Shown here one piece after another: positions 25,401 to 37,605 of a stretch of DNA of 64,000 nucleotides. The DNA is from Veleropilina oligotropha (lineage: Eukaryota): positions 62,001 through 126,000 of the forward strand of contig JBEUKZ010000047.1 of NCBI GenBank assembly GCA_048128005.1. The letters run 5' to 3'. The notes beneath the pieces are model-generated. The model ran no database searches, was not told the origin of the DNA, and worked only from the letters and a program-made list of their open reading frames with translations. Position 1 is the stretch's first letter; each line of letters opens with the position of its first letter. The position numbers and the translations under genes are program-made.

Positions 25401-26580
25401 ACCATTAGTGTCGGCGTGGTCGTTAAACATCAAATCAAATCAAATCAAACTATTTTTGTGTTTGGTATTTGGGCAGGTTTTTGGAATTGAGAGTGTTGCA
25501 ATGTCGTGTAATGTTGTAGAGAAACTTGATATTGGGTCTTCGCCATGAGTTAATTGATGTGAGTGTAATTGCTCTTCGCACAGAGATTGGAATTTCTCCC
25601 AATCTGCTTTGCGAAGTTTCCACCTTTCTGTATGTTCTTGTGCTTGATTGGTTGTGCTTTCCAGGAAAATTGGAAAGTGGTCGCTTCCGTGGAGGTCCTC
25701 ACCAACTTTCCAAGTAAAGTCCAGGTAAGCAGATGGGTCGCACATGGTAAGATCAATGGTGGTAAGTGAACCTGTAGGTGGATGCATGTATGTTGGCGAT
25801 TTGGTAGTATTAAATAGACACATATTGTGTCTCCCAATAAAGTCCTCTATTTAATGTCCCCGTTTATCAGTGTCAGTACCGCCCCAATCAGTACTATGGG
25901 CGTTAAAATCGCCACACAGTACAAATGGGGTCGGTAGCTGATCGATGAGATCGTCAAGGACAGTAGGATGTATGTTTATACCTGGTGGTAAGTATACCGA
26001 GCAAATAGTTATTACTTGGTGAATCGATATTTTCACCGCTACTGCCTGTAAGTTGGTGTTTAAGTTGACCTGGCTATGTGGTGTTTTGTTGTTGACGATG
26101 ATTGAAACCCCCCCTGTAGCCTTGTCACCTGTGGTGACAATGTGATTATATAGTGAGTGATCTTTAATGCGTATGTTGTCTGTGAGTTTTATGTAAGTTT
26201 CATTGAGACAAAATGCTATTGGTTTGTGGTCTTGTATAAGTAAATTGATCTCATCAATATTCGGTTTAATGCCTCTACAATTCCATTGTATTAGTGTACC
26301 TGTCATGTTGTGTTGTTGGTGTATTAATGTAAGTAATTCGTGTATAGTGCTTTACTATTTCACTACTTGTTTGGTGGAAGTACGGGCTTTTTTGAAGGTA
26401 TGGGCTTTGCCGCTGGCCGATCCAATGCTTTACTGTCGTCCATTGGATCGTCGACAGACGGTGGTGGTTGGGGTGGATCATCCACCACCTTAGTCTGTCG
26501 ATTTAGCTTTACTTTGGCTGCCGTTGCTGCTGTCTTCCTACCCTTCGCGGTAGCAGCAGCAACTATATCAGCGGCAAGGT
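22451..26580 (-). mobile_element. Inverted LINE-A fragment (ORF1 end to ORF2 about aa 370), split by the insertion at 22723-25450
   Basis: Minus-strand ORFs 25851-26306 (MTGTLIQWNCRG) and 25440-25823. The fragment continues at 22451-22722 across the TSD TATTTTTGTGT. Confidence 0.9.
22723..25450 (+). mobile_element. 5'-truncated LINE-A with 11-bp TSD
   Basis: TATTTTTGTGT at 22712-22722 and 25451-25461. Open RT-RNase H frame to 25124, then (CAAAT)n tail. Confidence 0.93.
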
Positions 26581-28915
26581 AATGACACAGATAAACGGTG
26601 ACATCAAATAGAGGACTTTATTGGGAGACACAATTTGTGTCTATTTAACACAACCAAATCGCCAACATACATGCATCCACCAACAGGTTCACTTACCACC
26701 ATTGACCTTACCATGTGCGACCCATCTGCTTTCCTGGACTTTACTTGGAAAGTTGGTGAGGACCTCCGCGGAAGCGATCACTTTCCAATTTTCCTGGAAA
26801 GCACAATCAATCAATCAAGCACAAGAACATACAGAAAGGTGGAAACTTCGCAAAGCAGATTGGTGGGAATTCCAATCTCTTTGCGAAGAGCAATTACACT
26901 CTAATCAATTCACTCATGGCGAAGACCCAATATCAAGTTTCTCTACAACAGTACATGACATTGCAACACTCTCAATTCCAAAGACCTGTCCAAATGCCAA
27001 ACACAAAAATAAACCTTGGTTTAATGAAGACTGCAGAGAAGCAATCAAAGCACGCATACATGCAATTTCAACATTTAAACAGCACCCAATACTACAAAAT
27101 CTTAATAGCTTTAGGCTATTAAGAGCACAATCCAGACGTACCATCAAGCACAGCAAAAGGGAATCCTGGCATTCCTACGTTACCAAACTAAACTCTCGTT
27201 CCACTATTAAAAAAACATGGGATATGATCCGTAAAATTAGTGGCAAACATACACCCAACTGCATCAAGCACCTTAAAACAAACACATCAGAAGCAACCAC
27301 AGCTAAAGACATTGCAAACACATTGGCAGAGACCTTTTCTGCCAATTCATCATCCGACAACTGCACTCCACAATTCAACCGTTTTAAGCATCAAAAAGAT
27401 AAAACAAGGCTCAATTTAGATCAAACAATACAGAGTCATACAATCAGCCTTTTTCACACAAGGAACTCACAGATTCACTAAACTAGGCACATGACTCATC
27501 AGTTGGACCTGATGACATTCACTATCAATTACTTAAGCACTTACCTGGAACATCACTTACAACTCTACTTGCAATATTCAATACTATCTGGGAAACTGGA
27601 ACCTTCCCTCCCTCGTGGAGGGAAGCTACAATTATCCCAATTACAAAGGCGGGAAAAGATACATCACATCCCAACAGTTATCGACCCATAGCCCTGACGA
27701 GTTGTATTTGTAAAACCATGGAAAGGATGATAAACAGGAGATTAGTTTGGTACCTAGAATCAAATAATTTACTTACAGAATATCAATGTGGGTTCCGGCG
27801 CAACCGGAGCACCACAGATCACTTGGTACGTCTGGAACCTTCTGTTTAAGACAACATTTAGTTGCTGTTTTTTTCGATCTAGAGAAGGCCAACGACACTA
27901 CTTGGAAGTACGGGATTATGAACGATTTGTTTGATGTTGGTTTAAAGGGCCACTTGCCTAATTTTATTTCGAAATTCCTTGAGGATAGAAATTTTCAAGT
28001 CAAGGTGGGTGACACCCTCTCCGATATCCACGACCAGGAGATGGGTGTCCGTCCCTCAAGGAAGCATTTTATCAGTCGCCCTATTCAGTATTAAAATAAA
28101 CAGTATCGTCAAATGCATTAGTACTGGCACTGACTGTTCATTATTTGTTGAACAGTATAGAACGTCAGCTACAACATGGCCTAAATAAATTACAGACATG
28201 GTCCGATGAGAACGGATTTAAATTCTCAAAGGACAAAACTAAATGCATGCATTTCTGCCAGTGTCGTGAAATTCATGACAACCCTGTGCTAAAATTGGAT
28301 GACTTTGAGATTCCAGTGGCGGACCAATTTAAATTTGTAGGCCATATATTTGACCGCAAAACTTTCATACCTCATATAAAATATATCAAAGCTAAATGCA
28401 AGAAAGCTTTGAGTTTAATGAAAGTAGTTTCTAATACTGAATGGGGTGCTAATAAAAGTTTTAATACGACTATACAGATCATTAATTAGATCAAAACTTG
28501 ATTATGGGAGCATAGTATATGGCTCTGCGCGCCATTCATATCTTAAAATGCTTGATCCAATCCATAATCAAGGGCTTACACTTGCACTAGGGGCTTGCCG
28601 CACATCACCCATGGAAAGCCTCTATGTTGAAGCCAATGAACCATCTCTTACACTCAGACGTGAAAAATTATCACTACAATATGCAATAAAATTAAAATCG
28701 AATCCATCTAACCCAGCTTTCGAAACTGTGTTTACACCAAATTATGAACATCTATTTCAGGCAAAACCGAACAAAATTGCACCATTTGGCATCCGCATTA
28801 AACCTGCACTTGAAAACGCAGGCATACATTTAGGTCAAATTAAAACAAATCACATTCCGGATACGCCACCATGGACACAAAAAGCACCGGTAATTGACCT
28901 ACAGCTTGCATCACT

Positions 28916-28991
28916 GGGGCTCGATGTTGTGCGCCTCCTCGTGGTGGGCCCTGGATAGGGGAACGCAAGTTCCCTGAACGAAACGCACAAC
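28916..28991 (+). ncRNA. HDV-like ribozyme at the exact 5' end of LINE-B
   Basis: P1 GGGGCUC/GGGCCCU with G1-U wobble, P2 GUUGUGC/GCACAAC, P3 GCC/GGU, L3 UCCUCGU, P1.1 GG, P4 GGGAAC-GCAA-GUUCCC, J4/2 CGAA. Confidence 0.88.
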
Positions 28992-29518
28992 CAGGTCGTT
29001 TGCCGTGACCTGCGACCTACTGTCGAGGGAGAGTGGGATCCTGGTGGTTGAGGGTCAAAGATGCTGGTACTACCCGTCTTTGATCCAACACACCACTTTG
29101 GCCCATGATTCCTCTAGAGTGGTAGATGGATGGGCCCGGTCCATTCAATCGGCTGGTAACGCCATGCCCTAGATTACAGGTGACACTCATATGCCAGTAT
29201 CTTAACATCTATCATTTTGGCAAACTACATATTTTTATTATCATTATATTATATATATATCATCAATATATACCAATGTATATACCATCAATATTTTGGC
29301 CTGTAGTATAGAAGGCGGTTGCTCATGGGTCAATCTGGTATTATTGACCGCTTAGATCTTTGGGTTTTATCTAAAGCTTCTAATGTTAATAATAATGGAG
29401 TATAATGCATCTGCACCCCTGGTGTCTGCCTGCCGGTTACCAGCAGGCATATGGACATCGCCCTTGTTGGCACTCCATGGTGGGTGGGGGCCAGATGCGT
29501 TGAATTACAAAACACAAT

Positions 29519-30859
29519 ATGGCTAAACCCACAACAACCAAAAGATCGAGACAAGATTCGCCATCCTCGTCTGACGAAGATGGCAATCATAATACTTACA
29601 ATGCGACAAACTGGCCGAGGTTCTTACTTCTGTCAGGTATTGAAGGTAATCAAGCAAAGAATACGGTCCCGAAAAATCCCTTTCTAATAGCAAAAACGAT
29701 AGAAAGTATTGCTGGCACTGTCAAAAATGTTAAACGATTGAGAGACGGAAGCCTCCTTATTGAATGTAATAAGAGGCAACAGTCTCTCAATCTTTTAAAG
29801 ATAGAAACTTTCGCCAACGCAGCAGTGCACGTCCAACCGCACTCGTATCTCAATACATCAAAAGGGATTTTAAGGGATCGAGATCGATGCCTTCAATATA
29901 TGACAGAACGTGAAATCGAATCTGAGTTGGAGGATCAGGGTATTGTACACGTTAAACGCTTTATTGTTACTAAAGACAATAACAAAATTCCAACAAATAC
30001 CTACCTCATGACATTTTCATCTTCAACACGCCCAAAACATATCATTGCTGGTTACAATCGCATCGAAGTGGATACATACTATCCAAATCCACTTCGATGC
30101 TTTAGATGCCAAAAATATGGTCACGGATCAAACAATTGCACTAATATGGAGAGGTGTTTCCGCTGTGGAAGCGACGAACACACGAGTGGTAATATATACA
30201 AATGCGAAGCCCAGCCAAAGTGTGTAAACTGTGATGGGGAGCACCATGCTGCCTCCAAACAGTGTCCAAAGTGGATTTATGAGTCTAAAATAACACGATT
30301 GAAAACAGATCGCAATATTTCATATCCCGAGGCTAGAAAACTCTTATCATCTGAGTCAGCCCAATCGTTTTCATCTGTTGTTCGTTCATTGGTCCAAAAG
30401 CAGACAATTACCACCACTTCTGCTGCTTGTCAGACAGATTTGACATGGATCTCCAATGAACGACCAACAAGATTGAAGAACCCAAATCCACCCTCCACAG
30501 CGAAAACATCTCAAGCATCATCACAAACCAATAGCAATCACCCTGATACTCCAACTCAAAGTACTTCTGAATCATCAAATACTAATCACTCGCATTCTCA
30601 TTCTAGATCTCGATCATCTACTCCTACGAAATCATTGTCACAGCCAGACTCATCTCGGAATAATTCAAACCGATCGAGGAAAAAGTCTCCCACTTCAGGG
30701 AGAAAGCCCCAGTCAGGGCGTACCAAAAAGGGTGAAGACGACCCACTTAAATTACAGAATAGGTTTGAATATTTAGAAGACATGGAGTTTGAGGAACCTC
30801 GTCAACATCGATCCAAAGAACGTAGGTCTCCCATCAAACCCCCGAACTCCAATTCATGA
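29519..30859 (+). CDS. LINE-B ORF1, gag-like nucleic-acid-binding protein
   Basis: WPRFL and VKRLRDGSLL motifs, three CCHC knuckles (CFRCQKYGH, CFRCGSDEH, CVNCDGEH), basic Ser/Arg-rich C-terminus. Confidence 0.93.
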   Translation: MAKPTTTKRSRQDSPSSSDEDGNHNTYNATNWPRFLLLSGIEGNQAKNTVPKNPFLIAKTIESIAGTVKNVKRLRDGSLLIECNKRQQSLNLLKIETFANAAVHVQPHSYLNTSKGILRDRDRCLQYMTEREIESELEDQGIVHVKRFIVTKDNNKIPTNTYLMTFSSSTRPKHIIAGYNRIEVDTYYPNPLRCFRCQKYGHGSNNCTNMERCFRCGSDEHTSGNIYKCEAQPKCVNCDGEHHAASKQCPKWIYESKITRLKTDRNISYPEARKLLSSESAQSFSSVVRSLVQKQTITTTSAACQTDLTWISNERPTRLKNPNPPSTAKTSQASSQTNSNHPDTPTQSTSESSNTNHSHSHSRSRSSTPTKSLSQPDSSRNNSNRSRKKSPTSGRKPQSGRTKKGEDDPLKLQNRFEYLEDMEFEEPRQHRSKERRSPIKPPNSNS

Positions 30860-33800
30860 ATACACACATTATACAGTGGAACTGTAGAGGATTTAACACA
30901 AATTTTAGTGACATCCAATTACTGGCACAGGATTTTAAACCATCAGCTTTCTGTTTACAGGAAACATATTTTAAAAACACAGATCTTATTAATTTTAGAG
31001 GGTATGAGCCTTACCACAGATATGGGCCCCAAGGTGACAAAGTAACAGGTGGATCATCTATATTCGTTCGGCAAGGTATAATGCATAGTCCTGTTGACCT
31101 TACGACCAACTTGCAAGCAGTTGCTACCCGTATTACCTTGCATGTAGCTTTTACCCTATGCTCATTATATATCCCACCTTCAACCAGGCTTACACCAGCT
31201 GATATACAAGATTTATATGATCAACTTCCTAAGCCATGTATAATCATGGGTGACTTTAACGGTCACAGTCCTCTTTGGGGGAGCAACACCTCAAATGACA
31301 AAGGAAGGATCATAGAAAACGTACTATCAAATAATGATCTGTGTTTTTTTAATAATGGTACAAATACTTACTTGCACCCCGCCACAGGATCGTATTCAGC
31401 ACTCGATCTTACACTAACAAGTGCAAATTTGTTGGATGAATTTTCATGGTCAGTCCACGATGACCTCTGTGGAAGTGACCATTTCCCGATTATACTCAAA
31501 TCTGTGACACCCGATGGCCATGTACCATTATCAAGATGGAATTTCTCAAAAGCCGACTGGCTTACTTATCACTCCTTGTGTGAAACTACAATAAAATCCG
31601 AGCATTTCGAAGTCAATGATCCTATTAAGGCATTTTCAGATGCTATCATTGACATCGCAAATAAAACTATACCAAAATCCTCTGCAGTTCCACATATACG
31701 TAAACCATGGTTCAACGACGACTGTAAGCAGGCTAGACAAAAAAGAAAGAAAGCCGCAAAACATTTCTATAAATATCCAACTACAGACAATCTTGATGCT
31801 CTTAAACGTGCTTCGGCTGTTGCCAAACGCACGTTTAAGGCATCAAGGCATGAATCATGGCGAAATTTTGTTTCCAAAATAAACAATAGAACGCCCATTA
31901 CCAAAGTGTGGAATATGGTGAAGCGAATCAAAGGAAAAGGTTCAAGCAATTCCTTTCACCATCTTAAGCAAGATGACACACTTATCACTAGCAAGCTTGA
32001 TGTGGCAAATAAATTGGGCGAAACTCTGGAAAGTAATTCTTCATCGAAGAATTACTTGCCAGAGTTCCAGAAATACCAAAAAACTCAAGAGAAGCAGAAA
32101 GTAAACTTCCTTTCGGCTAATTCCGAAAATTACAACGATGAATTTTCTGTGACAGAATTACTGACTGCTCTTAGCAAATCCCACGATACGGCTGCTGGTC
32201 CTGATGAGATCCACTACCAGCTTCTCAAGCATTTACCAAGCTCATGTCTGGATGTTTTGTTGGATATTTTCAACCATATTTGGTCGACAGGTGATTTTCC
32301 ACCTTCATGGCATCATGCCATAGTTATTCCCTTACCCAAACCTGGAAAAGATCCTACAGATCCGTCGAATTATCGACCAATATCGTTAACTAGCTGCATA
32401 TGTAAAACCATGGAGCGCATGATTAATGATCGCCTTGTTTGGTTTTTAGAATCAAACAATCTTATTAGTGATATCCAGTGTGGATTCCGTAAAAACCACA
32501 GCACAGTCGATCATCTTATAAGACTGGAGTCTTATATTAAAGATGCCTTTGTTAATGGCGACCATGTTGTATCGATCTTTTTCGACTTAGAAAAGGCTTA
32601 CGATACAACATGGAAGCATGGAATTTTAAAAGATCTTCACTCATTGGGATTAAGAGGGCGTTTACCCCTCTTCATTTCTCAATTCTTAAAAGATAGACAA
32701 TTCCAAGTACGTTTAGGTTCCACCTTATCCGATTACTACGATCAGGATCAAGGGGTTCCACAAGGAAGTATTTTATCTGTTACACTTTTTAGTATTAAAA
32801 TTAACAGCCTGTCAAAAGTTTTAAATGATTCCATTGATGGATCATTATTTGTAGATGATTTTGGCATATCCTGTCGCGGCAGACATATGCAAACCATTGA
32901 ACGACAATTACAACTATGTCTTAACAGGATAACGAAATGGTCACATGAAAATGGATTTAAATTTTCAAAGAGCAAAACAAACTGTGTACACTTTTGTAAG
33001 AACTACCGATGCCATGCTGTCCCAAATCTTGCTTTAAATGGAATCCCCATTAAGGTGGTAGATGAAGTAAAATTTCTAGGACTTATTCTCGATCGTCGCC
33101 TTACGTTTAAACCACATATAACGTACCTTAGAAATAAGTGCCTAAAAGCTATGAACCTTATAAAAGTAATTGCAAACACAAAGTGGGGAGGAGATCAGAA
33201 AACCCTCCTCAACTTATACAGATCACTAATTAGATCTAAACTAGACTATGGATCCATTGTATACAACGGGGCAAGTAATTCGACTCTGAAATTGTTGGAT
33301 CCTATTCATCATCAAGGTTTAAGGCTATCGATGGGAGCGTTTAGAACGTCTCCTAAAGAGAGTCTATATGTTGAATCTGATGAACCACCTCTCAGCCAAA
33401 GGAGGATTAAACTATCTCTTCAGTACGCTATTAAACTCTACGCAAATCCTATAAATCCAGCATATAGTTGTGTGTTCCAACCACAATACGAACACAAATT
33501 TCTAGATAAACCTAAGCTAGTCCCACCTCTTGGCATTCGGATAAAACCTCATATAAATGCCGCTAATATCGATCTTGATCTTATTACAACTATTCGTCTC
33601 TCTGATATCCCTCCATGGCAATTAAAATTGCCAAGGGTCGACTTATCTTTAACAAAATTTGCTAAATCTGACACAAACGAAGCTGTTTACAAACAGGAAT
33701 ATGGTATTATCCGCTGCAAATATGACACCCATCGATCAATTTTCACTGATGGGTCCAAGGATGGGGACAAGGTTTCTTGTGCCACCATAATTGGATCCAG

Positions 33801-34527
33801 AAGTATTACTCATAAACTTCCTGCTCCATGTTCTATTTTCACTGCCGAAGCCAAAGCGATTCTAACTGCTGTGCAATATATCCAACGTTCCCAAGCAAAT
33901 AATTATATTATATTTACTGATTCTTTATCTGTCTTACAGGCCCTTCAACAACATTCCCCTACTCATGAACTGATTTTGAAAATTATTGAACTCAACCACA
34001 GTATCACTGATCGAGATATTGTGTTTTGTTGGGTTCCGAGTCATGTGGGTATAGCTGGAAATAATTTAGCCGATGCAGCTGCTAAAGAAGCATTAAATAA
34101 AGAAAATATATATCCTTTACAAACTGTATATACTGATTTTAAACCGGCCATTTTACATTACATCCGAAAACTATTTCAAAATTTATGGGTTACTCAAATT
34201 TATAATAAATTATTTCAACTTAAACCTAATATTGGCTACACACATTTAGACGTATCATCCCGATTCGAGCAAGCAATCCTAAGGCGAATTCGAATCGGGC
34301 ACACTCGGCTAACCCACGAATACTTACTGAAAGGGGAAGATCCACCAGTATGCATCTCTTGTGATGAGCAGCTCACAATCAAGCACCTCTTGCTTGATTG
34401 TGGTGAGTACGCTCACATAAGAGATTCTTATTTTACAGCATCAAATCTTAAAGACCTTTTTAATAATACTGGGGGACCATGCATTTTATCATTTATTAGA
34501 GACAATGGTTTAATAAATAAATTATGA
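30856..34527 (+). CDS. LINE-B ORF2, APE endonuclease-reverse transcriptase-RNase H-zinc knuckle (1223 aa)
   Basis: QWNCRG, GDFNGH, GSDHFP, FDLEKAYD, QGSILS, FVDD, FTDGS, WVPSHVGIAGN and CISC...H...C. Uninterrupted. Confidence 0.96.
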   Translation: MNTHIIQWNCRGFNTNFSDIQLLAQDFKPSAFCLQETYFKNTDLINFRGYEPYHRYGPQGDKVTGGSSIFVRQGIMHSPVDLTTNLQAVATRITLHVAFTLCSLYIPPSTRLTPADIQDLYDQLPKPCIIMGDFNGHSPLWGSNTSNDKGRIIENVLSNNDLCFFNNGTNTYLHPATGSYSALDLTLTSANLLDEFSWSVHDDLCGSDHFPIILKSVTPDGHVPLSRWNFSKADWLTYHSLCETTIKSEHFEVNDPIKAFSDAIIDIANKTIPKSSAVPHIRKPWFNDDCKQARQKRKKAAKHFYKYPTTDNLDALKRASAVAKRTFKASRHESWRNFVSKINNRTPITKVWNMVKRIKGKGSSNSFHHLKQDDTLITSKLDVANKLGETLESNSSSKNYLPEFQKYQKTQEKQKVNFLSANSENYNDEFSVTELLTALSKSHDTAAGPDEIHYQLLKHLPSSCLDVLLDIFNHIWSTGDFPPSWHHAIVIPLPKPGKDPTDPSNYRPISLTSCICKTMERMINDRLVWFLESNNLISDIQCGFRKNHSTVDHLIRLESYIKDAFVNGDHVVSIFFDLEKAYDTTWKHGILKDLHSLGLRGRLPLFISQFLKDRQFQVRLGSTLSDYYDQDQGVPQGSILSVTLFSIKINSLSKVLNDSIDGSLFVDDFGISCRGRHMQTIERQLQLCLNRITKWSHENGFKFSKSKTNCVHFCKNYRCHAVPNLALNGIPIKVVDEVKFLGLILDRRLTFKPHITYLRNKCLKAMNLIKVIANTKWGGDQKTLLNLYRSLIRSKLDYGSIVYNGASNSTLKLLDPIHHQGLRLSMGAFRTSPKESLYVESDEPPLSQRRIKLSLQYAIKLYANPINPAYSCVFQPQYEHKFLDKPKLVPPLGIRIKPHINAANIDLDLITTIRLSDIPPWQLKLPRVDLSLTKFAKSDTNEAVYKQEYGIIRCKYDTHRSIFTDGSKDGDKVSCATIIGSRSITHKLPAPCSIFTAEAKAILTAVQYIQRSQANNYIIFTDSLSVLQALQQHSPTHELILKIIELNHSITDRDIVFCWVPSHVGIAGNNLADAAAKEALNKENIYPLQTVYTDFKPAILHYIRKLFQNLWVTQIYNKLFQLKPNIGYTHLDVSSRFEQAILRRIRIGHTRLTHEYLLKGEDPPVCISCDEQLTIKHLLLDCGEYAHIRDSYFTASNLKDLFNNTGGPCILSFIRDNGLINKL

Positions 34528-36469
34528 GTACATTTACCATTATATAAACCTTTTTAAAAACATTGACCAATATACATTCATTGATTTGTTTTATTCGTAT
34601 CATAACTTATTTTATTCATAGTTGCATATTTTACTGATGCTGACATTATTTGGCTTTGACATTGTTTAGTATTTTTTATTGCTTTGCATCATTTTGTTTT
34701 ATTGCTGTACATCATCTATTGTATTTCATTATTTAACAATGACATTGTTCTTATTACTTAATGTTTTATTGCTGTACATAGTATTGTTTTAGTAGTTTAC
34801 ATCATTTTGTTTTTATGGCTTTATATCATTTTATTGTTTGTCTTTTATTTAACATTATTCTCGTCGCGTTATGGCACCGCTGTGCTCACAGCGACGATAA
34901 ACTATACTCACTCACTCACTCACTCGCTTGCATCACTAAAAAAATCAGACAGAAACAACAGATTATCTCTCAAAATTCAGATCGTGCAAGCATATATACA
35001 GATTGTTCAAACAATGCAGAATTAGTAGGAGCAGCCGCTGTCACTGGCAGACGATGTTTTCAAAACCGTCTGCCAGGCAGCGCGACTATATTTACTGCAG
35101 AACTTAAAGTAATCGAGCTTGCACTAAATTATATCTCTACAAGTAAAGACAAGCTTTTTATTATCTATTCAGACTCCCTCTCTAGCTTACAAGCATTGAG
35201 GGAGATGAATAGAAACCCTCTTATTACAGAGATTTTAATTAAATATAATAACCTTTTACCAGACAATGACATTATTTTATGCTGGATACCGAGCCATATC
35301 AGTATCCAGGGCAATGAGAAGGCTGACCAAGCTGCCAAGGCAGCCTCACATTTTAACCATATCTTAAATTGTAAATTACCACACTCGGATTTTAAACAAA
35401 TATATAAATTCTACTTGGCAGCACTCTTGGAGTGAATGCACAAGGAATAAACTGCAAAATGTTCAACCTCTTCTTGGCGATTGGGGCCCTTCTTGCCGAC
35501 CAACTCGGCGAGAGGAGGTCGTCTTGGCCAGACTGAGGATTGGGCATTCTCACTCCTACTTGCTTAAAGGTGAGCCTCCACCCGAGTGTATTCCTTGTGC
35601 AACTGCCCTAACTATTAAACATATATTACTGGATTGTGTCGATTTGGATCTTGCACGCCAAAGGTATTTTAGGGCAAATTCACTCCAAGAGTTATTTAAT
35701 CTTTAATCAGCTCAAAGCCATATTTGAATTTTTAAAACAGGTAAATATTTTCTACAAGTTATAAAAGTGTGAAATATAAATATATAATTATATCTTGTTT
35801 TATTATTATACTTGTTTTTCATTTTATTGCTTTGCATATTTATATCGTTTTAACCTGTAAATATACCATGTTATGTTCCCTTTTATTGATTTGCTTGTAT
35901 CCAAATTTGCATTGCCTATTTTACTTGTAAATATATTGGTTCGTTTTTATTATTTTTCACATCTGTTTTATTTTATTGATATTTTATTATTAAATATGTA
36001 TCACAACTTTTATCTTTTTATATTAAACTATTATATATTTAATTTGACCGACCCGATTATGACCATTATAGTGTCGGCGTGGTCGTTAAACATCAATTCA
36101 AATCAAACGATGTCTTGTGCAGTAGCTTTAATTGCCTATTTATTTCATGCAGGTGGCCAAGTGGATTCACTCGTATTAACTGCAATGGCTCAGTGAATAT
36201 GGGTTGGACTCCCGGGTCCGTAGGTTGAAAAATTAGTGGAGTTATCAGTCACAGGTGTCCGTCCGTGACGGGCTGAGGTGGGTGGGTTTTCCCAGATACT
36301 CACGTCGTCGTGAGACATGCAACATTCCTGTTTGTAAGGTTTTCAAATTTGATCGTTTTAATACAAATAAAAAAAATGGATGAGAATAAAGTAATTGATT
36401 TATTATATTATATAATTCTGGCTTTAATCAAGTGTTGACTCATGATAATAATTGTTTGTTTCATTTCAG

Positions 36470-37256
36470 ATCCCAGTATCAAAACTCTAATCGTCAAAAA
36501 CCTGATAGCAAATTTAGAAGCCGCGACCCCTCCTTCAGCGGCTCTCGGTTCTCCACAGCAAGCACTCTCACAGGAATCCATGATGGCATCATGTTCCAGT
36601 GAGCAACACACTTCAATCGAAAAGTCTGGGCAGCGTTCAGTATCACCGGCATTATCTTCAGATTCCAGTTGTAGCTCCTCATCACTGCACATATGGAAAG
36701 GAAATGAAGAAGACCTGTTGGTTTCTCTTAGACACGAAAAAAGTGATAAATTTGTGAAAACAAGAAAACATACAGAGTTGTGGAAGGAGATTTGCACGGA
36801 GATGAATTTTGCACTGGAAGGATGTAATGTGTCTCAAACTCAAGCAATGAATAAGTATCATAGTTTAAAAAAACGGTGGAAAGAAATAATTGATGCTGGT
36901 ACAGGTACCGAAGCCAAATACTTTCGTCAGAGGGAAGCGTTTGATGAAATGTGGGGTACTCGGGCAAGCACAAAGCCAAAGTTTCAAATTGACACCTTAA
37001 AAGAAACACATCAGGAGTAGACGAAAACAAAGCCAAAGGTAAAGGCTAGCAATCAACAAAAGTGAAGGCAAGCAAATGAAAAAGCCAACAGCTAATTGAC
37101 GTGTTGGAGCGTCATCATGGAGAATTTCAAGAAAAAATGACAACATTTCATGGTGATCAAATGAATAGAATGGACAGGCTTTTGGATTTGTACGAGAAGG
37201 AAATTAAGTTGAAAAAGTATAAATATAGCTCAGCATCTGCCTCTGATGAAATGTGA
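36470..37256 (+). pseudogene. Myb/SANT-like (trihelix) DNA-binding protein exon, Harbinger-ORF2/MSANTD-like, with a probable frameshift
   Basis: W..NEE.LLV...LWKEI...KY.SLKKRWKE motif, splice acceptor TTTCAG at 36469. A coiled-coil-like tail (LIDVLERHH...DRLLDLYEK) lies in another frame and ends at TGA 37256. Confidence 0.6.
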
Positions 37257-37605
37257 GAACCTGGCTACAAGCAAGATGCAAATGCCAAAGTTTCAAATAT
37301 TATGAATGTGATTTATATTTTATTTTTATTTTTTATATTGTTCATACAGGCCATATTTGATTATTTGAACAATTGTTATTTGCAATTTGGCATTCCGACA
37401 CTCAATACGATTACTATCATGGACATTTTACATTTGGATGAATATACGACAAGGCTACTGATAGCCTACCCATCATGTATTATTTTATTAATTTAATTAA
37501 GTCCAGATAAGACCAATGTTTATTATGCAAGTTGGGACAGTTTTGCTGACCGATTGCACTACACTTTTGTGTGTTCGTTTTCTTATTCAACTTTCTCACA
37601 TTTAT

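Larger units (their letters stand above)
28916..34925 (+). mobile_element. Full-length I-group LINE family B (about 6.0 kb), apparently intact
   Basis: 12-bp TSD GCTTGCATCACT at 28904-28915 and 34926-34937. Two open ORFs and an (ACTC)n tail. Confidence 0.97.
26583..36107 (+). mobile_element. Degenerate 5'-truncated LINE-A, split by the LINE-B insertion
   Basis: Multiple frameshifted ORF2 pieces at 26583-28915. It resumes at 34926 and its tail ends at 36107. Confidence 0.9.

Noticed and set aside
22451..26583. Classical twin-priming 5' inversion
   Set aside because: Inverted and forward segments overlap by several hundred nucleotides rather than abutting.
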